A stretch of 32,000 bases of DNA, taken from the NCBI RefSeq assembly GCF_017876815.1, contig NZ_JAGIOS010000002.1, positions 150,001 through 182,000 on the forward strand. The letters run 5' to 3'. The stretch is from Sinorhizobium meliloti (GTDB taxonomy: Bacteria > Pseudomonadota > Alphaproteobacteria > Rhizobiales > Rhizobiaceae). The notes under the pieces are model-generated. The model worked only from the letters and a program-made list of their open reading frames with translations, ran no database searches and was not told the origin of the DNA. Of this stretch, positions 25,569 through 32,000 are shown one piece after another (within the stretch, counting starts at the first letter, position 1; each line of letters begins with the position of its first letter). A program made the translations under genes and the position numbers.

Positions 25569-26560
25569 TGAAACCTCTCGATCGCATCATCGACGCCGCA
25601 AGGAAAGCGCCGCGGCACGTCGTCCTTCCCGAAGGCGAGGACCCCCGGATCGTCGCCGGCGCCGTGCAGGCGAGGCGGGAAGGCCTGGCGGCGATTACGC
25701 TGGTCGGAAACCGCGAGGTGATCACGCAGAGGCTCGCAGCCCTGGACGCGATCCCGCAGGAATTCCGGATCGAGGACCCGGCGTGCTCTCCGCTTACCGA
25801 TGATTTTGCGACTGCCTATCTCGAACGCAGAAGGAGCAAAGGTGTCGATGCGGCCGCGGCTCGGGCGGCCGTCCTTTCACCGCTGACCTTCGCCGCGATG
25901 ATGGTGCGCGAAGGAATAGCCGATGGGACTGTCGGCGGCGCGGTCGCGACGACCGCAGACACGGTTCGTGCCGCATTGCAGGTGATCGGCAGGGCGCCCG
26001 GCGTCGGGCTCGTCTCCAGTTTCTTCCTCATGATGCTCTGCGAGCCCCATCACGCGCGGAAGGGCGCCTTCGTCTTTGCGGATTGCGGCCTGGTCGTGGA
26101 CCCGGACGCAGCCGGTCTCGCCGACATCGCGCGCATGTCGGCCAAGTCCTATGAAATGCTTGCAGGAGAACGGGCGAAAGTCGCGATGCTCTCTTTCTCG
26201 ACAGGCGGCAGTGCCGCTCACGAGCGCGTTTCGAAGGTCGTCGAGGCGACCGGCATGGCGCGGCGCGCCGAGCCCGATCTTATCATCGACGGCGAATTGC
26301 AGTTCGACAGCGCCTTCGTCGAGGCCGTCTGTCTGACCAAGGCGCCGCATTCGGCGCTGCGCGGGGAGGCCAATGTCTTCGTGTTCCCGAACCTGGACGC
26401 GGCCAATATCGGCTACAAGATCGCCCAGCGGATCGGCGGCGCGACGGCAATCGGCCCGATCCTCCAGGGACTTTCACGGCCCGCCAACGATCTTTCGCGC
26501 GGCTGCACTGCGGCCGACGTCTTCCATATGATTGCCGTGACCGTCGTTCAGGCAGCATGA
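25568..26560 (+). CDS. pta: Phosphate acetyltransferase (short form, PTA_PTB domain only)
   Basis: 'VVLPEGEDPRI...', 'SFSTGGSA' and 'VFVFPNLDAANIGYKIAQR' are typical Pta motifs. The start overlaps the tauZ stop (TGATG). Confidence 0.9.
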   Translation: MKPLDRIIDAARKAPRHVVLPEGEDPRIVAGAVQARREGLAAITLVGNREVITQRLAALDAIPQEFRIEDPACSPLTDDFATAYLERRRSKGVDAAAARAAVLSPLTFAAMMVREGIADGTVGGAVATTADTVRAALQVIGRAPGVGLVSSFFLMMLCEPHHARKGAFVFADCGLVVDPDAAGLADIARMSAKSYEMLAGERAKVAMLSFSTGGSAAHERVSKVVEATGMARRAEPDLIIDGELQFDSAFVEAVCLTKAPHSALRGEANVFVFPNLDAANIGYKIAQRIGGATAIGPILQGLSRPANDLSRGCTAADVFHMIAVTVVQAA

Positions 26561-26702
26561 CCTCCGTTTCGCCGTGCCGCCTTACGGCTCACAAAACATC
26601 ACAAATCGCAAATTATGCACCGCATCGCAGCCGTCCTGCACCGCGCGCTTCATGTCCGCGACGTGGCTTGCGGCGCGCCACAAATATTGCAACTTTGTCC
26701 GC

Positions 26703-27488
26703 ATGTCCAAATTGCCGAACACCCGGGCGCTCGCGCCCCGCCGCCACGAAGAAATATTGAGGCGCGTCGCTTCCGAAGGCTCGGTGAGCATTGCCGAGCT
26801 TGCCGCCTATTTCGACGTCTCGCGCGAAACGATCCGCCGGGACATGAAGTTGCTGGCGGATCGCGGCCAGCTCGATGTCGTGCATGGCGGCGCCACACTG
26901 TTCGAAGCAACCGAGCCGGCGCTGGTCCTGCGAAGCGGGGAAAACGCCGCTGCAAAGGCAGCGATCGGCCGCAAGGCGGCCGAACTGGTCAAGGACGGCA
27001 TGGTGGTCTTCCTCGATTCCGGCACGACGACGCTGGCCGTCGCGCATGCATTGGGCGGTCTGCGTGACCTGACCGTCTGCACCACCGGCCTCGCCATAGC
27101 GCTGCACATGTGCCGCCAGCCGCAAGTCCGGGTGCATATGCTGGGCGGCGAGATCGACCCTGCCGAGGAGGCGGCAGTGGGCCTCGACGCGCTGGAGGCA
27201 ATCGGCCGCTTCCGAGTGGACATCGCCTTTCTGGGCGGGGGAGGACTTTCTCCTGACGGCGAGGTTACCGACTTCACCCGCAACGGCGCCGAGCAGCGCT
27301 CGCGCATGATCGCCATGGCGGGCAAAGCCTACTTCGTCCTCGACAGTTCGAAATTCGGACGGCTGACTCCCCTTCGCATACCCGGGTTCCATCAGGCGGC
27401 CGGTGTGATCGTGGATACGCCGCCGCCCCCGACGATCTCGGAAGCACTCGGGCGAAAAGGCCCGCGCCTCGTCGTCGCCGCAGAGTGA
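26703..27488 (+). CDS. DeoR/GlpR-family transcriptional regulator
   Basis: 'RRHEEILRRVASEGSVSIAELAAYFDVSRETIRRDMKLLADRGQL' is a DeoR HTH. It is followed by a DeoR C-terminal sensor domain ('VFLDSGTTT...', 'DIAFLGGGG'). Confidence 0.85.
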   Translation: MSKLPNTRALAPRRHEEILRRVASEGSVSIAELAAYFDVSRETIRRDMKLLADRGQLDVVHGGATLFEATEPALVLRSGENAAAKAAIGRKAAELVKDGMVVFLDSGTTTLAVAHALGGLRDLTVCTTGLAIALHMCRQPQVRVHMLGGEIDPAEEAAVGLDALEAIGRFRVDIAFLGGGGLSPDGEVTDFTRNGAEQRSRMIAMAGKAYFVLDSSKFGRLTPLRIPGFHQAAGVIVDTPPPPTISEALGRKGPRLVVAAE

Positions 27489-27490
27489 TG

Positions 27491-27523
27491 TTGCATTTTG
27501 TTGCGTTTGTTGTTGCATTCTGT
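27491..27523 (+). promoter_or_regulatory. Three tandem direct repeats of TTGCRTTYTGT upstream of the FAD/GcvT gene (candidate DeoR-type operator)
   Basis: TTGCATTTTGT (27491-27501), TTGCGTTTGT (27501-27510) and TTGCATTCTGT (27513-27523), with 10-12 bp periodicity, in an AT-rich island of a GC-rich genome. Confidence 0.45.
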
Positions 27524-27567
27524 GACTTCGTGACTATGCTGACACCAGTCCATTGGGAGGTCGGTTC

Positions 27568-30045
27568 ATGGCGCAGGAATTTCCAACACAGGCGCGGGTC
27601 GTCATCATCGGCGGCGGCATCATAGGCTGCTCGGTCGCCTATCATCTCACGAAGCTCGGCTGGACCGACGTGGTCCTGCTGGAGCAGGGGCAACTCAGCG
27701 GCGGGACCACCTGGCATGCGGCCGGCCTTGTCGGGCAGTTGCGTAGCCATGCCAACATGACCGGCCTCATCCGATACTCGACGCAGCTCTACAGTGAGCT
27801 GGAGGCAGAGACGGGCCTTGCGACGGGCTGGAAGAATTGCGGCTCGCTCGCCGTTGCGCGCACGAGCGATCGCATGACCGTGCTGAAGCGGACCGCAGCC
27901 TCGGCGCGGGCGCAAGGGGTTGCCGTCGAGGTGATCTCACCGCGGGAAGCCGCCGATCTCTGGCCGGTGATGGCGATGGACGATCTCGTCGGAGCCGTCT
28001 GGCTTCCGGGAGACGGCAAGGCCAATCCGACGGACCTCACCCAGTCGCTGGCGAAGGGGGGGCGCAACCACGGCGCCCGCATTATCGAGCGCGTGCGCGT
28101 GACGGGCATCACGGTCAAGGACGGGACGGTGCGTGGCGTCGAGACCGACCGGGGGGATATCGCCGCCGAAATCGTCGTCAATTGCGCCGGCCAGTGGGCG
28201 CGCAAGGTCGGGCTGATGTGCGGCGTGACGGTCCCCCTGCACTCGGCCGAGCACATGTATATCGTTACCGGCAAGATCGAGGGGGTGCATCCGGACCTGC
28301 CGGTGCTGCGCGACCCGGACGGCTACATCTATTTCAAGGAGGAAGTCGGAGGTCTCGTCATGGGCGGCTTCGAGCCGGAAGCTAAGCCCTGGGGCATGAA
28401 CGGCATTCCGGACGACTTCGAATTCGCCTTGCTGGCCGATGATTGGGGCCAGTTCGAGATTCTGATGCAGAACGCGCTCGTGCGCGTGCCGCAGCTCGAA
28501 ACGACCGAAGTCAGGAAATTCTACAACGGCCCGGAGAGCTTCACGCCGGACAATAATTTCATTCTCGGCGAGGCGCCGGAACTGCGGAATTTCTATGTCG
28601 GCGCAGGCTTCAACTCCATGGGCATCGCCAGCGCGGGGGGCGCCGGGCGGGCTCTCGCCGAATGGATCGTCAACGGTGCGCCGACGATGGATCTCTGGCC
28701 GGTCGACATTCGCCGCTTCGCGAGCTTCAACAACAACCCGCGCTGGCTGCACGACCGGGTGAAGGAAACGCTCGGACTGCACTATGCGATGCCATGGCCG
28801 AACCGCGAGCTGCACACGGCGCGTCCATTCCGGCGCTCGCCGCTCTACGACCGGCTTGCCTCCAAGGGTGCATGCTTCGGTTCGAAGATGGGATGGGAGC
28901 GCGCGAACTGGTTTGCCGAAGCAGGCCAAAGATCGGAAACGGACTATGCCTTCGGTCGGCAGAACTGGCATGAGGCGGTAAAGCGGGAGATGAACGCGAC
29001 GCGACAAGCTGCTGGGATATTTGATCAAACGTCATTTGCCAAACTGCTTGTGCAGGGGCGGGACGCAGCGAAGGCGCTCAACCGCATCTGCGCCGCGGAC
29101 GTCGATGTCGGGATCGGCCGGTCGGTCTATACGGGCATGCTCAACGAACGGGGCGGCTATGAAAGCGACCTGACGGTGATGCGGCTCGCCGCCGACCGGT
29201 TCCTCATCGTCACCGGATCGGCGCAGGCGGTGCACGACGCCGATTGGATCCGCAGGAACACCTCACCGGACGCCCATGTCACCCTCACCGGCGTGACCTC
29301 GGCTTACGCGGTGCTGGCGCTGATGGGACCGAATGCGCGCAACATACTCGGTCGAATCACCTCCGCCGACCTCTCGAATGCGGGCTTTCCCTTTGCGACC
29401 ATCCGTGAGATCGACATCGGCTATGCGACGGCCTACGCCAACCGAATGACCTATGTCGGCGAACTCGGCTGGGAACTGATCGTGCCCAGTGAATTTGCCG
29501 TGGGCGTCTACGAGGCGCTGCACCAGGCGGGGCGCGATCTAGGGCTCGTCGATTGCGGCTATTACGCTCTCGAGGCGCTCCGCATCGAGAAAGGCTTTCG
29601 CGCCTGGAGCCGCGAATTGACGCCCGACATCAATCCTCACGAAGCGGGGCTCGCCTTCGCCGTATCGTTCGACAAGCCGGGCGGCTTCATCGGCCGCGAG
29701 GCTTTGATGCGGGCAAAGCACGCCGGCGCCCCTGTCAGACGCATCGTGCAGTTCACCCTGGATGATCCCGAGCCGATGCTTTGGGGCGGGGAACTCATCC
29801 TGCGTGACGGCAAACCTGTCGGCGAAGTCCGCTCAGCCGCCTATGGCCACACGCTTGGCCTCTCGGTCGCACTCGGTCTCATCGAGGATCGTGGAGGGGT
29901 CGATCGGGAGTTCATCGCAAGCGGAAGTTTCGAGATCGATCTTGCCGGTGAGCGCCACCCGGCAACCGCTCACCTGAAGTGCCCCTATGACCCGAAGTCG
30001 GAGCGCGTGCGGGCGGATGCCGGGGAGCCGCGAGCCGCCGCCTGA
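27568..30045 (+). CDS. FAD-dependent oxidoreductase fused to a GcvT-type folate-binding aminomethyltransferase domain (dimethylglycine/sarcosine dehydrogenase family)
   Basis: 'ARVVIIGGGIIGCSVAYHL' FAD motif and DAO domain, then a GcvT-like region ('GRSVYTGMLNERGGYESDLTV...', 'GYYALEALRIEKGF'). GGGAGG lies 7 nt before the ATG at 27568. Confidence 0.85.
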   Translation: MAQEFPTQARVVIIGGGIIGCSVAYHLTKLGWTDVVLLEQGQLSGGTTWHAAGLVGQLRSHANMTGLIRYSTQLYSELEAETGLATGWKNCGSLAVARTSDRMTVLKRTAASARAQGVAVEVISPREAADLWPVMAMDDLVGAVWLPGDGKANPTDLTQSLAKGGRNHGARIIERVRVTGITVKDGTVRGVETDRGDIAAEIVVNCAGQWARKVGLMCGVTVPLHSAEHMYIVTGKIEGVHPDLPVLRDPDGYIYFKEEVGGLVMGGFEPEAKPWGMNGIPDDFEFALLADDWGQFEILMQNALVRVPQLETTEVRKFYNGPESFTPDNNFILGEAPELRNFYVGAGFNSMGIASAGGAGRALAEWIVNGAPTMDLWPVDIRRFASFNNNPRWLHDRVKETLGLHYAMPWPNRELHTARPFRRSPLYDRLASKGACFGSKMGWERANWFAEAGQRSETDYAFGRQNWHEAVKREMNATRQAAGIFDQTSFAKLLVQGRDAAKALNRICAADVDVGIGRSVYTGMLNERGGYESDLTVMRLAADRFLIVTGSAQAVHDADWIRRNTSPDAHVTLTGVTSAYAVLALMGPNARNILGRITSADLSNAGFPFATIREIDIGYATAYANRMTYVGELGWELIVPSEFAVGVYEALHQAGRDLGLVDCGYYALEALRIEKGFRAWSRELTPDINPHEAGLAFAVSFDKPGGFIGREALMRAKHAGAPVRRIVQFTLDDPEPMLWGGELILRDGKPVGEVRSAAYGHTLGLSVALGLIEDRGGVDREFIASGSFEIDLAGERHPATAHLKCPYDPKSERVRADAGEPRAAA

Positions 30046-30060
30046 AGCGGGCTGCTCCAA

Positions 30061-30930
30061 TCACCTCTCCGCCAGCGAGCGGGCAATCTCGAAGAAGGCG
30101 CGCACGAGCTTTCCGCCGCTGCGCTCCTTCAGGCAGATCAACGCCTCGTCCATCAGCATTTCGGCGCCCACGATCTCGATCGGCGCGAGACGTCCGTCCC
30201 GGCCGAATTCCGCGGCTGAGACGAAGCCTACCCCGGCACCGGCCGCGACGATCTCCCGCACGGCCTCCCGGCCTTCCGCTTCGATGGCGGGCTTCAGGGC
30301 GACGCCGGCGGCGGCTGCGAAATCCTCGAGCTTCTGCCGCGTCTTCGAACCGCGCTCGCGCATCACCAGCGGCTGGCCCGAGAGTTCCTCGAGACTGACG
30401 GTACTTCGCCGGGCGATCGGATGTTCGGTCGATGCGAAAGCGATGATCGGCGTCGAGTTCAGCTTGACGATGTCGAACTCCCGGCTTTCGGGAACCTCGC
30501 CGAGCACGCCGATGTCGGCCTCGTAGGAATAGAGGCTGGTGATGACCGTTTCCGTGTTGCCGGCCCTCAGGGAGATCTGAACCGACGGATATTTCTGACG
30601 AAAGGCCGCGAGGATGTGAAGCAGATGGTGGGCGGCGTCGGCAACGATGCGAAGCGTGCCGGCCCGCAATGCGCGCGATTCCGAAAGCAGATCGAGCGCC
30701 TGCTGCTCGGTGTCGAACATGCGGCGGGTGATCTCCAGCAGCTGGTGACCGGCCTGGGTCAGCGTCACCTGTTTCTTGTTCCGGTTGAAGAGGAGCACGT
30801 CATATTCCTCTTCCAGCTTGCGCACCTGATCCGACACGGCCGGCTGCGTGAGGAACAGCGCCTCTGCCGCACGGGAGAAGCCTCCACAAACCGCAACATT
30901 GTGGAACGCGCGAAGCTGGACGTAACGCAT
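30061..30930 (-). CDS. LysR-family transcriptional regulator
   Basis: 'MRYVQLRAFHNVAVCGGFSRAAEALFLTQPAVSDQVRKLEEEY' HTH plus a LysR substrate-binding domain. GGAAGG precedes the ATG at 30930. Confidence 0.9.
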   Translation of the reverse strand: MRYVQLRAFHNVAVCGGFSRAAEALFLTQPAVSDQVRKLEEEYDVLLFNRNKKQVTLTQAGHQLLEITRRMFDTEQQALDLLSESRALRAGTLRIVADAAHHLLHILAAFRQKYPSVQISLRAGNTETVITSLYSYEADIGVLGEVPESREFDIVKLNSTPIIAFASTEHPIARRSTVSLEELSGQPLVMRERGSKTRQKLEDFAAAAGVALKPAIEAEGREAVREIVAAGAGVGFVSAAEFGRDGRLAPIEIVGAEMLMDEALICLKERSGGKLVRAFFEIARSLAER

Positions 30931-31038
30931 GGGCCCTTCCAATCATAAGCTGATCTAATCAAACGATAGAAACGAACGATTTGATTTATGTAAAGGGAAA
31001 AGTGACGGTCTTCGGATTGGTTTCCGGAGCGATTGAAA

Positions 31039-32000
31039 ATGACTCTCGTTGCCCTCTCGCTGCATCTCGCCGGCGCGACCGTACTGCTGCTCTACGCGGT
31101 GCATCTCGTCCGCAGCGGCGTCGAGAACGCCTATGGCACGTCGTTGAAGCGTGTGCTTGCAAGGGGAGGGGAGCGACGCATTTACGCCGCCGCGAGCGGC
31201 ACGGTCCTTGCAGTCCTGTTGCAAAGCTCGACCGCCGTGGCAATGCTCGCCTCCGGTCTTTCGGCGAGCGGCTATCTTACCCTGAACACCAGCCTTGCCG
31301 TCCTGCTGGGAGCGGATCTCGGCTCGGCGCTGGTGGTTCGTGTTCTTTCGTTCGACCTGGGCTGGCTGTCGCCGCTCCTGCTTGCGGCCGGCGGGCTGCT
31401 TTACCTGAAGGGCAGAAGCGACAAGCCCCGCGAACTCGGCCGCATGCTGCTCGGCATCGGCTTCGTCCTCATGTCGCTGAAGCTGATCGGCGAGGCGACC
31501 TTGCCGTTGAAGCAGAGCGACGTGTTGCCCGCCGTCGTCGGCTATCTCGCGGAGGACCAGGTGACGGCCTTCGCGGCGGCGATGCTCTTCACCTGGATCG
31601 TGCATTCGAGCGTCGCGGTCCTGATCCTCATCCTGGGTTTTGCCGCACAGGGACTTTTGCCGGTCGAGGCAGGTCTGCCGCTGATCCTCGGCGCCAATCT
31701 CGGCAGCGGGTTGATCGCCATGTGGCTGACGCGCGGGTTTTCAGCCGAGGCGCGGCGCGTCGCGGCCGGCAATCTCCTCTTCCGGGCTTTCGGCGCCGCG
31801 ATCGCCTTGCTGGTGATCGGCCCCTTCTCGGCAGAACTTCAACATCTTGGCGCCACCGCGGCGGAGCAGCTCGTTCATTTTCATCTGGCCTTCAACGCCT
31901 GCCTCGTGATCTTTTGCCTGCCGCTCTCGCAGCTTGCCGCCAGCGCCGTTACGTCGCTCATCAAATCGGATCTCAAGAGCTCCGAAGACAGCGACACGCT
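31039..32000 (+). CDS. Na+/phosphate cotransporter family (PF02690-type, YjbB/NptA-like) membrane protein, 3'-truncated by the window edge
   Basis: Own translation from the ATG at 31039: 'MTLVALSLHLAGATVLLLYAVHLVRSGVENAYGTSLKRVLA...AVLLQSSTAVAMLASGL...LLGADLGSAL...'. The second repeat is 'FTWIVHSSVAVLILILGF...ILGANLGSG'. The frame is open to position 32000 and is absent from the ORF track because there is no stop. Confidence 0.75.
   Translation, partial: MTLVALSLHLAGATVLLLYAVHLVRSGVENAYGTSLKRVLARGGERRIYAAASGTVLAVLLQSSTAVAMLASGLSASGYLTLNTSLAVLLGADLGSALVVRVLSFDLGWLSPLLLAAGGLLYLKGRSDKPRELGRMLLGIGFVLMSLKLIGEATLPLKQSDVLPAVVGYLAEDQVTAFAAAMLFTWIVHSSVAVLILILGFAAQGLLPVEAGLPLILGANLGSGLIAMWLTRGFSAEARRVAAGNLLFRAFGAAIALLVIGPFSAELQHLGATAAEQLVHFHLAFNACLVIFCLPLSQLAASAVTSLIKSDLKSSEDSDT

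Noticed and set aside
26561-26600. Possible terminator after pta (GCCGT-N8-ACGGC).
   Set aside because: The stem is only 5 bp with no following T-run, which is not convincing as an intrinsic terminator.
1-32000. Searched for defence or mobile signatures: CRISPR-like spaced repeats, transposase/integrase/recombinase ORFs, toxin-antitoxin-sized gene pairs, terminal inverted repeats, tRNA or rRNA genes.
   Set aside because: None found by eye. Every substantial ORF is assignable to a metabolic, transport or regulatory family, and no periodic repeat array is visible. A systematic repeat or HMM scan could still reveal short elements I cannot detect manually.

Overview
High-GC window that looks alphaproteobacterial, with gene content typical of a rhizobial (Sinorhizobium/Ensifer-like) megaplasmid or chromid; that placement is inference from gene content only. 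It is densely packed with accessory catabolic and transport genes, and I support 30 coding features. In order: (1) the 3' end of a CaCA-type cation exchanger, translationally coupled to a fused heme-copper oxidase subunit I+III, followed by a small membrane protein. (2) A six-gene minus-strand operon (sugar ABC transporter, PfkB kinase, GatZ/KbaZ-family protein, LacI regulator) resembling the tagatose/galactitol route described in Agrobacterium and Sinorhizobium. (3) A poorly characterised stretch: GFA-family protein, DUF427 protein, then a minus-strand group of exported proteins (Tat-signal SDR, signal-peptide protein with a predicted His-His mature N-terminus, frameshifted small membrane protein, Tat-signal intradiol-dioxygenase-like protein), plus a cytoplasmic SDR/AraC pair. 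(4) A complete taurine dissimilation locus (tauR / tauABC, tauXY, xsc, tauZ, pta). (5) A DeoR regulator flanked by a repeated TTGCR..TTTGT motif, next to a dimethylglycine-dehydrogenase-family FAD/GcvT enzyme. (6) A LysR regulator divergent from a Na/Pi-cotransporter-family gene that runs off the window. I see no rRNA, tRNA, CRISPR array, transposase, integrase or recognisable defence genes. The best candidate for something undescribed is the exported-protein cluster at about 11.7-14.3 kb. The rest is mostly recognisable metabolism with some notable regulatory structures. All family assignments come from reading motifs in the translations, not from database searches.
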